Positions 1-11,200 of a stretch of 64,000 bases of DNA are shown here, piece by piece (position 1 is the stretch's first letter; each line of letters opens with the position of its first letter). The notes beneath the pieces were generated by a model. That model was not told the DNA's origin and searched no databases. It saw only the letters and a list, made by a program, of their open reading frames with translations. The position numbers were made by a program, and so were the translations under genes. Source of the DNA: Halarcobacter sp. (GTDB lineage Bacteria > Campylobacterota > Campylobacteria > Campylobacterales > Arcobacteraceae); assembly GCA_048571215.1 (NCBI GenBank), contig CP182352.1, forward strand, positions 3,392,001 to 3,456,000, given 5' to 3'.

Positions 1-264
1 TTCAAATGAAAAAGGTAAAATTTGAACTAAAAAAGCAGTTATTTTTGAAAGAGCGCTATATACAGGAGACAAATCATACTCTTGATGAAAACCATTTAAT
101 ATATCTCTGGCTCCTTCTGCATAAAAGAATCCATCATTTGAGTTTATTATAAACTCATTGTTGAATTTAAAGTTTTCATTTGATGAAAACTCATATACCC
201 AAAAAAGTCTAGTAATAACAGAGAATAAAAATGCAATTGTAATCAATAATAAAGTTTTTTTCAT
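1..264 (-). CDS. pglB: STT3/PglB-family oligosaccharyltransferase, N-terminal part (runs off window start)
   Basis: Not in the ORF track. Manual translation from ATG at 264 gives MKKTLLLITIAFLFSVITRLFWVYEFSSNENFKFNNEFIINSNDGFFYAEGARDILNGFHQEYDLSPVYSALSKITAFLVQILPFSFE, which matches the Campylobacter PglB N-terminus (SNDGYxFAEGARD...GFHQ...PFSFE). Confidence 0.85.
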   Translation of the reverse strand, partial: MKKTLLLITIAFLFSVITRLFWVYEFSSNENFKFNNEFIINSNDGFFYAEGARDILNGFHQEYDLSPVYSALSKITAFLVQILPFSFE

Positions 265-266
265 AG

Positions 267-1529
267 TTAATCTTTTATAAATAAAAATAGAGCTTTTGAT
301 TTGATGATAAACATCTTTTTAGTATCTTTTAAAAATAAATCAAATAAGTAATATACAAAAATATATGTTATCAAACTAGCATATGCAGCACCTGATATTC
401 CAAATTTTTTTATAAATATAAAATTTAATCCTATGTTTATAATAACACCTATTAGATTTCTATAAAGCTCAAGATTTGTTTTATTTTCTATTACTAACCA
501 TTTACTACTAACTAGTCCCATATATACAAAAACTGTTGAAAATATATGTATAACTAAAATTTGTGAAGAGGATAAAAAATTTTCACCATAAAGAGATACT
601 ATAATAAAATCAGACAAAAAATAAACACTTCCAATAAGTAAATATGCACAAAAAATCAAAAAAACTAAAAGCTGTTGTATCTTTTTATAATATAAAGATA
701 TAGATTTATCTTTTGATTTTATAATCAAAGGGAAAAAAGAGGAGCAAACCAAACCTCCTATTATAAACCAAATCTCACTTAATCTAACAGCAGCAGAGTA
801 ATAACCACTTTGAGCAACATCTAAAATCTCTTTTATCATAACTTGATCAATTTTTGCATATATAGTTGTAAGAACTCCTGCAAAAATCAGAGGATAGGAG
901 TGTTTTAGTAAACTCTTTATTAAAGAATTATCAACTTTCCAAGAAAAAACACTAAACTTATTTTGAAAATAAAAAAACAATAATCCTAAAGCTACGATAA
1001 CACTTTCTATTAGTATTACCCAAGCAAAATAGATTAGAGGATAACTATAAACTATCAGATAAATTTTAAGTGATGAAGAAACAAGAAGAGCAATAAGTTT
1101 TGAAAAAACTACATATTTACTTAAAACTTTACTTTGAAAATAAAAATCTATTACATTGAAACTATGAAAAATAAAAGAGAATGAGATAACTATAAGAAGT
1201 AAATTTATAGGATATTCATTATCAATTAGATTAATATATATAAAAATAAAAAATATAACAACTATAGAGCTTAGAAATTTCAATACAAAAGCAGTACCCA
1301 AAAGTTCATTGACTCTTTTTTGATTTTTTACTAGTTCTTTTATAACAATAGAATCAAGTCCTAATGTTGTAAAAACAACTACTATAGAGATAATACTTTC
1401 TACAAAACTAAACTTTCCAAAATCATTTGGACCTAAATATCTTGCCATCCAAGAAAAAACAAAAACCCATAAAATCATTCGAACTATTTTTTCAAAAACA
1501 AGATAAGTGGTATTTTTAATATATTCCAA
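267..1529 (-). CDS. wzx: Wzx-type polysaccharide flippase (MOP superfamily)
   Basis: 420 aa, highly hydrophobic; ARYLGPxxFG, IDQVMI, GYYSAAVRLSE and FGISGAAYAS motifs. Confidence 0.85.
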   Translation of the reverse strand: MEYIKNTTYLVFEKIVRMILWVFVFSWMARYLGPNDFGKFSFVESIISIVVVFTTLGLDSIVIKELVKNQKRVNELLGTAFVLKFLSSIVVIFFIFIYINLIDNEYPINLLLIVISFSFIFHSFNVIDFYFQSKVLSKYVVFSKLIALLVSSSLKIYLIVYSYPLIYFAWVILIESVIVALGLLFFYFQNKFSVFSWKVDNSLIKSLLKHSYPLIFAGVLTTIYAKIDQVMIKEILDVAQSGYYSAAVRLSEIWFIIGGLVCSSFFPLIIKSKDKSISLYYKKIQQLLVFLIFCAYLLIGSVYFLSDFIIVSLYGENFLSSSQILVIHIFSTVFVYMGLVSSKWLVIENKTNLELYRNLIGVIINIGLNFIFIKKFGISGAAYASLITYIFVYYLFDLFLKDTKKMFIIKSKALFLFIKD

Positions 1530-1531
1530 AA

Positions 1532-2143
1532 CTAATATACCCCTTTTTTCTGAAAAAGAATTAGAAAAGTTTTAAAAATGATTTTTATATCATTTAAAAG
1601 AGATTTATTATTTATATATTTTATATCTAATGCTATTCTTTGTTTTAAATCTAAATGATTTCTTCCACTAACTTGCCAAAGACCTGTAAGACCAGGTTTT
1701 ACTGAGCATAATTGTTTATATTCATTTTCAAAATGACATATCTCCTCTTCTAAGAATGGTCTAGGTCCTACAAAGGTCATATCTCCTTTAATAATATTAA
1801 AAAACTGAGGAAGTTCATCAAGACTTGTTTTTCTAAGAAAGAAGCCTAATTTACCCATAACTCTAGGATCATTTTTTAATTTACATGTTTTAGCGTACTC
1901 TTCTTTTAGATTTGGATTATTCTTAAGAATATTTGCCAATTCTTTTTCTGCATTTTTAGTCATAGTTCTAAACTTATATATTGTAAAAAGTTTTTTATCT
2001 TTGCCTACTCTTTTTTGTTTAAATATAATCTTCCCCTCTTTAAAAAAAGATTTGATTAATAAAACAATTACTAATATAAAAGGAGATAGAATTATTAAAA
2101 TTAATATTGATAGAATAATCTCTAAAAATCTTTTAAAGTACAT
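1532..2143 (-). CDS. Bacterial sugar transferase (undecaprenyl-phosphate phosphoglycosyl transferase)
   Basis: YKFRTM, DPRV, FLRKTSLDELPQF, GDMTFVGPRP and KPGLTGLWQVSGRN motifs. Confidence 0.9.
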   Translation of the reverse strand: MYFKRFLEIILSILILIILSPFILVIVLLIKSFFKEGKIIFKQKRVGKDKKLFTIYKFRTMTKNAEKELANILKNNPNLKEEYAKTCKLKNDPRVMGKLGFFLRKTSLDELPQFFNIIKGDMTFVGPRPFLEEEICHFENEYKQLCSVKPGLTGLWQVSGRNHLDLKQRIALDIKYINNKSLLNDIKIIFKTFLILFQKKGVY

Positions 2144-3264
2144 TTTTCTGTTCTTTTTTTAAATTCATTATATTTGTTAAAAACAAACTCTTTTATCTCT
2201 TTTTCAAATCTTTCTTTTGAAAACTGTAAGGTGTGTTTTCTTATTTTTGAAGGGATAAAACTGCTTATGTTTTTTTCAAATTTTTCAATTGCATTTAAAA
2301 TACTTTTTGTATTTTGTTCCTGAAAATATACACCTGTTACACCATCTATAACGGTTTCTCTTGTACCACCTTGATTTAGACAAATTACAGGTGTCCCACA
2401 AGCTTGCGCTTCAACTGGCAATATTCCAAAATCTTCAATTGCTGCATATACAAAGGCTTTTGCTTTTTGTAGCATTTTTATTAATACTTCATCTTCTTGA
2501 AAGCCTAATATCTTCATATTTGAACTAGCTTTTGCTTTTATTTTCAAAAGATCTGGACCATCGCCTATCACATACAAGATTTTATTTGTTTTAGAAAAAG
2601 CTTCAACTATCAAATCTATTTTTTTATATGAAACCATCCTTCCAGCAGTGATATAAAAATCTTCTTTATTTTCATCTAATTGAAATTTATTTATATCAAC
2701 AGGGGGATAGATAACTATTGAATCTCTATTATAAATTTTTTTTACTCTATTTGCCACAAAATTAGAGTTTGCAATAAAGTAATCCACTCTATTTATAGTT
2801 TCCAAATCCCAAATCTTAATTTTCTTTAAAATATATTGGACCAATCTTCCTTTAATACCTTTTTTTAGATTATTATCTTCTAAATATTGTTCAGATAAAT
2901 CCCAAGCATATCTCATAGGTGTATGTATATAACAAATATGAAGTTGATTATGATTTGTGATAACACCTTTCGCTACTGCATGTGAACTAGATAAGACTAA
3001 ATCATATTTATTTATATCTAACTGCTCTATAGCAAAGGGATAAAAAGGTAATAAATATCTATAATATTTTTTGGCTAAAGGAAAGTATTGTAAAAAAGAG
3101 GTTTTTGTTTTTTTATTATTTAAAATATCTTTTCTATCATCTTCTTTGAAGTAATCAAATAGAGTATAAATATCAGCATGTGTAAAAATATTATTAAAAC
3201 TTTTTACACACTTTTCAGCCCCAGCTGATGTGATAAACCAATCATGTACAAATACAATTTTCAT
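2122..3264 (-). CDS. GT4 glycosyltransferase (WbaZ-like)
   Basis: Likely start MKIVFVHDW at 3264 with AGGA upstream; HTPMRYAWD and EDFGILPVEAQACGTPVI motifs. Confidence 0.88.
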   Translation of the reverse strand: MKIVFVHDWFITSAGAEKCVKSFNNIFTHADIYTLFDYFKEDDRKDILNNKKTKTSFLQYFPLAKKYYRYLLPFYPFAIEQLDINKYDLVLSSSHAVAKGVITNHNQLHICYIHTPMRYAWDLSEQYLEDNNLKKGIKGRLVQYILKKIKIWDLETINRVDYFIANSNFVANRVKKIYNRDSIVIYPPVDINKFQLDENKEDFYITAGRMVSYKKIDLIVEAFSKTNKILYVIGDGPDLLKIKAKASSNMKILGFQEDEVLIKMLQKAKAFVYAAIEDFGILPVEAQACGTPVICLNQGGTRETVIDGVTGVYFQEQNTKSILNAIEKFEKNISSFIPSKIRKHTLQFSKERFEKEIKEFVFNKYNEFKKRTEKCTLKDF

Positions 3265-3458
3265 AAACTTCCTATAGATATTATAAATAACATTATAATA
3301 TATCATATGTTGAGTAAAATTATGGTTTTAGTGTGTAGCTTAGTGTAATCTCTTTTCATAATTTAAGATTTTTTATTGAAATTTATTATGTTATGTTGTT
3401 AGTTAGAAATTTTAAAATTGAAAAGTTTTTTAAGATGGCACTGACCCCCTAAATTCAG

Positions 3459-3612
3459 TTCCAAAGCTAATAATAACAAACTATTGTTATTATTTTAACG
3501 CTTTTCACATAAATTATCTCTTTAATTATATTTTATCTAAGTTCTTCTCAAAAGTGGAGATTCATTCACTGGGTGTTACTGTATTAATTATGTAAACTGT
3601 CCCCGGAATTTT
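3459..3612. repeat. ~154-bp cassette-junction repeat, copy 1
   Basis: Near-identical to 4656-4809; contains hairpin ataataacaa-acta-ttgttattat and ends in aactgtccccggaatttt. Confidence 0.9.
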
Positions 3613-3704
3613 TTATTTTATTTGAAATTTAATTGTGCCCGTCCCCTTTTCTCAGCTGGAACGAGAGAACTTGATTATGTTATTGTTATCACCTGACGCT
3701 TATT

Positions 3705-4352
3705 TTATTTTTGTTCTGATAAATCTCTTATTACTGACTTTAATGTACTTTGAGTTGCTATCGTTTTCTCATTTTTTAACGCTCTTTTCAAAATAGTTAG
3801 AACCTTTTGTTTATTTTTATTATCTACTAGAAAATATAAAAGATTAGCAGTTGCGGATCTTACTTGATACTCATCACACTCAAGAAAAGAAATAAAATCA
3901 TTAAAATATACTTTCTTTTTAAATCTGAGTAATGAATATAAGATTCTTAATTTTTCAGTATTTGTTGTATTTTTTTTCTTAAGTTTTTTTAGTAACAATG
4001 GTAAATACTTTTTTGCTTTTAAATTACCTATAGATTCATAAACGTATGCACGTACAAGGGTGTCCTCATCTTCTAATAAGTGTAATATATATTTTAAATA
4101 AGCTTTATTTTTGCTAGCACTAACAAGTTCAATAATAGAAATTTTAGTTAAATCATCTCCTTTTCTTAAAGATTCTTTTATTAATCTTTCTATGTTAAAT
4201 GACATTAGGGAAGTTATAGCATCAATACTATCTGCTCTTATTAGTATTTCATTACTACTTGTAAACTTTATTAATTTATCACGTAACTCCAATAGTTTAA
4301 TTAAGGTTTTTTCTATTTCTAATAATTTATTATTCAATTTTTTATTTTTCAA
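3705..4352 (-). CDS. HEAT-repeat protein, putative immunity protein of the orphan toxin
   Basis: LLEDEDTLVRAYVYESIGNL and FLECDEYQVRSATANLL HEAT-like repeats; directly downstream of the orphan toxin tip; TTG start with AGGA RBS. Confidence 0.6.
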   Translation of the reverse strand: MKNKKLNNKLLEIEKTLIKLLELRDKLIKFTSSNEILIRADSIDAITSLMSFNIERLIKESLRKGDDLTKISIIELVSASKNKAYLKYILHLLEDEDTLVRAYVYESIGNLKAKKYLPLLLKKLKKKNTTNTEKLRILYSLLRFKKKVYFNDFISFLECDEYQVRSATANLLYFLVDNKNKQKVLTILKRALKNEKTIATQSTLKSVIRDLSEQK

Positions 4353-4370
4353 AATCTTTTTCCTACAAAA

Positions 4371-4676
4371 TTATTTTTTTGCGCTACTATGTCTGTCTTG
4401 TAAAGCCTTTTGATGTTTTTTTATTCTTTGTTTCATCTTTTTAGATACATTAGGGTCTCTATACATCCTATCTAATTCTTCTTTACTATATCCTTCTAAC
4501 TCAGTGTCCCTAATATTTTGTTTACCACCTTTAGCATTATAAACATTAGGTAATTCACAATAAGAACCATTATTGGGCTTATAAACATTTTTATTCCATA
4601 AATAAGCAGAAAGAACTGCCCAGCCTTCAGTGGTGCTAAAGCACATCACTTTTAATTCCAAAGCTAATAATAACAA
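4371..4676 (-). pseudogene. Orphan RHS C-terminal toxin tip (resembles Ntox34-type helical toxin)
   Basis: GGKQNIRDTELEGYSKEELDRMYRDP...KQRIKKHQKALQDRHSS. The nominal TTG start falls inside the repeat, so the tip probably has no real start. Confidence 0.6.
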
Positions 4677-4809
4677 ACTATTGTTATTATCTTAACGCTT
4701 TTCACATAAATTATCTCTTTGATTATATTTTATTTAAAAAGTGGAGATTCATTCTCAGGGGTGTTATTGGTGTTACTGTATTAATTATGTAAACTGTCCC
4801 CGGAATTTT
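4656..4809. repeat. ~154-bp cassette-junction repeat, copy 2
   Basis: Direct repeat of 3459-3612; 4705-4728 is identical to RHS-core DNA at 5798-5821. Confidence 0.9.
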
Positions 4810-4817
4810 AATTTTAG

Positions 4818-5201
4818 CTATCCTTCAGAACTAATTATGAAATTTGCATCTTCATAAAGATTATATTCATCAAAATCAATATAGTTATGAGCTGGAGAAA
4901 ATGATATAGATAAAAAATATTCAATAATTTCTCTCCATAAATTAGCATCCAAGTTTATTGATACATTTAAACCCTCAATTTTATTCAAAATATTAGCATT
5001 ATTATTTGAACATAATAAGATATTCAATTCTTTAGTATCAATGTAATTAAGATTACTTAATTGAATTAAATTACCATTTTGTTCACCCAAAAAATATAAA
5101 TCTTTTATTAGTTTAATATAATCGTAAGGTTTTCCTCTCCATATAAAACTGGGAGGAGGTTCGCCATACGCATATTCATCAGTAAGTTCTATTGTTATCA
5201 T
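4818..5201 (-). CDS. Putative cognate immunity protein of the RHS toxin
   Basis: 127-aa acidic protein; its ATG directly abuts the RHS stop (TAAATG). Confidence 0.7.
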   Translation of the reverse strand: MITIELTDEYAYGEPPPSFIWRGKPYDYIKLIKDLYFLGEQNGNLIQLSNLNYIDTKELNILLCSNNNANILNKIEGLNVSINLDANLWREIIEYFLSISFSPAHNYIDFDEYNLYEDANFIISSEG

Positions 5202-8200
5202 TTATATCCATCCCATATTTAAATTATTCAAATAAATATTTTCCCATTTACTTTTACCATTATTCCCTCCTGGTTTATTATCCCAATGCCCTTTAGGATG
5301 ATATTTATCAGGTAAATGTGGTCTCCATTCTCCATTAGTATCATCATAGAGACTTTTTTCTCCTCTATTTTTAGGTTTGTTTTTTGAAGGATTACCTTCT
5401 TTACATTCACCATTAACTGGTGGCTTTGGCCAAGTAGAAGTGTCTGATAAATCAATACCTTCTCCTGACTCTATATCGCCAATTTGTATTATAGGATTAA
5501 TTGGCATTTTAGGAATAGTTATAGGTCTAGGTATAATCATTGGCCTAGTAATAACAAATGCATTTAACCCTTCAGGATCAATCCCATTAATAGGATCACC
5601 CAACACATACCCATAAAGATTAGTATCCCCACCACTAAAATCAATAGGATCCTTAGCAGTCCATTTCCCTGTGTAACTATCATAATCCCTATACCCAAAT
5701 CTAGTTAAACCAGTATCTGAATCATAAAGCCCACCTGCAAACCCAAATGGTACTTTAAAATCTGGATTTGAATCTTCTAGTATATTACCAAAGCTATCAT
5801 AAATTATCTCTTTGATTATATCATGATTAGAGTCAGATACTGCCCTTAAGCTTCCAACTTGGTCATAGTGTAAATAATATTTATTTGAACCTTGTGTCAT
5901 AGATATAGGCATTCTACTATTTGCGTATTCAAATCTTTGGACTAAATTATCATTTCCATCATATATAGCTAAAAGAGTTGTTAAATCAGCCCATAGGTAT
6001 TTTTCTACAACAACTCCATTTACAAGTTTTGCAACTCTTTGATTATTAGCATTATGTTTATAAGTAATAGTTTTAGAAGGTGTTTTTACCTCTTTTAACT
6101 CTCCCAAAGTAGAATAACTATAAGTAGTAGTTCCATTTGGCGTTACCTTTGAAGATAAATATCCATCTTCATCATAGGTATAAGTGTTATCTCCATATAC
6201 TTCTACTTGGTCATCTAAGGTATAGTATCCTGATGTTGTAACACCATTTACAGTTGCAGAGGTTCTATTTTCATTGTTATCATATGAATAAGTTTCTACT
6301 ATATTTCCATCTTTTTTTACTTCTATTAATCTTGCATTATCATCATAGGTATAGTCATATGTTTTTGTAGTATTGTTTACAGTTTCTTGTTTTTGTAAGA
6401 TTAAAGCTGAATTATCTTTTGAAATAATTTCATAACTAAAGCTATTATCTGCTACTTTTGTTAACTCTCCATAGTTATCATAACTTAGATTTTGAACAAA
6501 ATTTCCATCTGTAATTTTTGTAACATAGGCATTTTCTGCATCTCTTGTAAGAGTATAATCACCACTTGTTAAAACTAAACCATCATTATCATATGTATAG
6601 TTTTCAGTAATACCTGCATAAGTAAACGATATTGGTAAGAAATCATCATTATAGGTATAACTTAATCCTTCATTTAATACCCCATTATATGTTAATAAGC
6701 TTAATAAGTTTCCATCATAACCATATTCGATTTTTTCACTTCCTTTTGTAATAGTTCCTATTTGATTATTAAAAATATACTCATAGTTTATTGTAGCCTC
6801 AGGAGTTGTTGTAGAATCTAATCTATCATTTACATAGTTATTTACTATTGTTTTTCCACTTGGTCTTGTTATTTGGGTTAGTTTTCTATTTCCATTATAT
6901 TCATATAAAGTTTGTTTATTAAGCGCAGATTTCATAGAGGTTCTTTGACCTATATTATCATATGTAAAGTCGTGATTCGTAGAAATAGGAGTTATTAATC
7001 TAGTCATATTACCACTCACATCATAACTATATTCTTCTATTGCACCATTTGGATGAGTAACCCTTGTAACTCTATCTAATATGTCATATTGATATGAAGT
7101 TGTTTTTCCCCTTTCATCAGTGATAGTATCAATATTACCTCTACTATTATAAGTAAAACTTGTGGTTCTGGTACCAGTTGTTTGAGATATAACTCTTCCT
7201 TTATTATCATATGTATAAGTTGTAGGAGTTAAAGTACCTGAGGTTGAGCTTGTTGTAAGTCTTGTATTTATATCATACTCTTCCTTTGCAATTCTTCCTT
7301 CAGGAGTTGTAATAGTATTTATACCATTTTCATAATCATTTTTTATAGTAGTTGCTTTACCATTTGTTGTGATTGTTTGGGTTTTTGATGTTGTTAATCC
7401 ATTTTCATTAGTTTCATAAACTGCGCTATTACTTGTTACTTTACTTAAACTACTTGGAAGTATAGTTGTTACTGAATCAAGTACTCTTTTTTTTGTTTCT
7501 GGATCAGTTTTGTACTTACTTTGAATATTTATATTGTTCTTGATAGCATTTACTAATCTATTATCAGAAGATACTGTAATAGAATTACTATCTCCATTAG
7601 GGAAAACTGTTTCTTGTTTTAAAGAATCATTTTCTAATTTAATTTCTCTATAAAATTTAATATCTCCCTCAGGTTTACCTAAAGCATATTCAATAAATGC
7701 ATCACTTATATTCTTTTGTAAAAACCACTCTTCATTATTTACATCAATTTCCTTAATTATACGACCATTATCATCATATAAATTAAAAGAACTTGCTCCT
7801 GATGGCTCTGTATGTTTTGTAAGTAAAGAGTCATTATTATATTCAAATTGATGACTTGTATTATCTTCATATGTAACAGATAATAAATTTCCATTTGAAT
7901 CTACATTCAAATATGTTTTTTGACCATTTGGTGCAGTTATAATAGTTGGAATACCATTTTCATTTCTTCCTATTAAAATTTCATTATCAAACTGATTCTT
8001 AACACTAATCAACCTTTTATTTTCATCATGGGTAAAGCTTTTTAGAACCTTTTTTGAAAATAAGTCTATAGTTTCGATATGGTTTCCAGCTAAATTAAAC
8101 AACTCTGCTGTATTATTTGAGTTTATATTAATTATTCCATCTTCTATTTCATTATCTGTGAAGAAATTAGAGGTATAAATCCTATATAATTTATCATTTG

Positions 8201-11200
8201 ATGAAACTATTAAATCTTCATTATAATCTAATACAAGATTATTAGGATAACCAATTGAAGTATCAAGTGCATAACTATTATTTACTATAGAACCTGTAAT
8301 AGCATTTCCAGCATATGTTTCTATGTAACCATTTTCATTAACTTTTCTTATTACTTTATTTCCATAATCTAGTATAAATATATTACCTTTAGAATCAATA
8401 TCAATGTTTGAAGGACCATTTAATTTTGCATTAACTGCTAACCCTCCATCTCCTGAATAACCTGATTCTCCCGTACCAATAACAGTTGAAATAGTATTTA
8501 AAGTATCTACTTTTCTTATAACATTATTTATAGCATCAACTAAATATAAATTACCTTCACTATCAAGTTTTATGTCTCTTATAAAACCTATTTTAGCCTC
8601 TGTTGCTGAACCTCCATCCCCTGAATAACCTGATTCTCCTGTACCTACAATTGTTGAAATTATACCATCAGAATCTACTTTTCTAATAACATAATTATTT
8701 GAATCAATAAAATACAAACTGCCATCATTATCAATTTCAACTACACTGGGATGACTAATTTCTGCATTAATTGCTAGACCATTATCACCGGAATACCCAT
8801 ATGTACCAGTTCCTACAATTGTTCTTACTATACCATTCTCATCTATTTTTTTTATCTTATTAGCATACCTATCGACAATAAAAATTTCACCTTTTTCATT
8901 TACCTTTATATCCGAAATATCACTAAATGATGCATTTAATGCCAATCCCCCATCACCACTATCTTGACTTATACCATTTCCTGCAATATGACTAATCTCT
9001 CCTAAAGGATCAATCTTCAATATTTTACTATTATTATAATCTTGAGAAGCAACATAAGTATTTCCTCCAGATAAACTCACCAATGATGATTTCCAACTTC
9101 TATTATAACCAGAAACATTATTACTAAAAGCTTCAAAGTCGTATTCTATTTCCTCAATTTTTTGATTAAAAATTAAACTTTTATTATTTTCAGTTCCATC
9201 TCCTTTTTGAAGAGAGAAATGAAATATTTTATCATAATTTGATAATGTCCATCCATTTGAAATTGCATTTTCTTTATTAGCTTTATATTGACTATCTATT
9301 ATAAAAAACTTAAATGACTTTAGAATAAATTCTTTTCTTGAGAGAATCCCTGTTACCTCATTTCCAAACTTTGCCCATGCATTAATTGTCCCTTGTCTAC
9401 TAAGTCCTTTTTGATAAACTGCTTTATATAAATACTTTACTATTAACTTAGCTTTAACTTTTCCCGGAACATAATTACCTAGTTTATCTTTTCCATCCCA
9501 TGTAAATGTTGCATTTGTAGAAAACTCATCTAAAGTAAAACTTTTTTCCTGTCTTTTTCCAAATATGTCTAATATTAATATAATCTTTTTTACACTACTT
9601 GGAGGTTGAAGTTGATCTTTTAAATCAATAATATACTTATAACCTTTAGTTCTTTTTGAAGAATAATGTAAAGTCAGGTTTGTACCTGAAATTGGGATAT
9701 CATCATGAAAAGCTCCCGTTGTGGTTTCAACAAAAGAACTTATGTTAACACTTGCACAAGTTTCACTACATTTACCAAAAGTTTTTTTACAGTTTTCATT
9801 AAGTTTATTTTTATCTTTATCTGTAGTTATATCGTTAATTTTAGGTCTTTCAACATTTTTATCAGGTACCCAAGGATAATTAGGATCCCAAGGAGTAAAG
9901 TGATTGATTTCCATTCTAGAATATGTTTTACCTACTTGGTAAACTATATTATCTTCTAATCCAATAACTTCACTTGTAAAAGTTCCATCATTATCTAAAT
10001 CATTTGGTTGTCCATCACCTGTTGAGTCTAAAGCATCTACAGTTCCATCATTATTTGTATCAAGTAGTTGTACAACAACACCATTTTTTGAACCTTTCCA
10101 TACACTTTCATTTCTATCATAATATCCTACAGGAACTACTACTCCAACATCAAACCCTAAAAAATTATCTACATACATGATAACAGGAGAGTTAAACTCA
10201 ACTGTTTCATCATCACTTACTCCATCTACTGTAAGATCAGAGCAATATGTATATGCTGATTCTTTTGGTAAATTTGCAGGCATTGACTCTGGCGTTTTAA
10301 ACTCTGTTGCTCTTACATCTATAGTGTCTAAAATTCTTGTTGAACCATCAGGAGATTTAACTGTTGCACTTGAAACTCCGTTAAATACTAAAGTAGTTGA
10401 CCTTGAACCTCTATCGTCACTAATAATTGATGAAGTGTGAACTTGCGGAGTTGAATCATTTAAATCTATTGTTGTAACTTTATCATCTATTCTTAACATT
10501 GTTACATCATCAACAATGTTCCAATTTGAAGCCTCTGCAAAAAGCTTTCTATCTATTGTGGTATATCCATTTTTTGTATATCTTACAATAATTGTTTTAT
10601 TTCCTTCTACTGGTAATACATAACTTCCATTTAGGTCTGTTTGAACAGTTCCAAGCTCTTCATTATAAACAATACTAATGGTTACATTAGATAAAGGATT
10701 TCCACTTTCATCATAAATATTTCCAGTAATCATAGAAAAAAGATTTTCACTATAAAATTCTTTTGTTGCATTAACTGGAATTTGATCTATATACTTTGTA
10801 CCAAAATGTGTAAAATTAAAATTTGTTGTTGCAGGTTTATCCACTACTTTTACTGGGATTAAAGCTGAAGTTATATCTCCTGATATTATCTTTAAAGTTG
10901 TTTCTCCTATTTGTAAACCAGTAAAAGTATCTACACCATCAAAAGAAACAATACTAGTATCTGCTATTTCATAAGTAAAATTTCCATTAATAGGTTTTAT
11001 AGAACCATCACTATATATTCCTTGTATGGATATTTGCTTATCATTATTTACTCTTAAAGTTATTGGATTTGGAGTTATTTTTATTGAATCTAAAACTAAA
11101 GGTTTTTTAACTTTTATAGTTACATCATTTGATTGAATTGTATCAATAGTTGCTTTTAAAGTTGTAATTCCTTCTTTTAATGATGTAATTGTTCCTGCAT

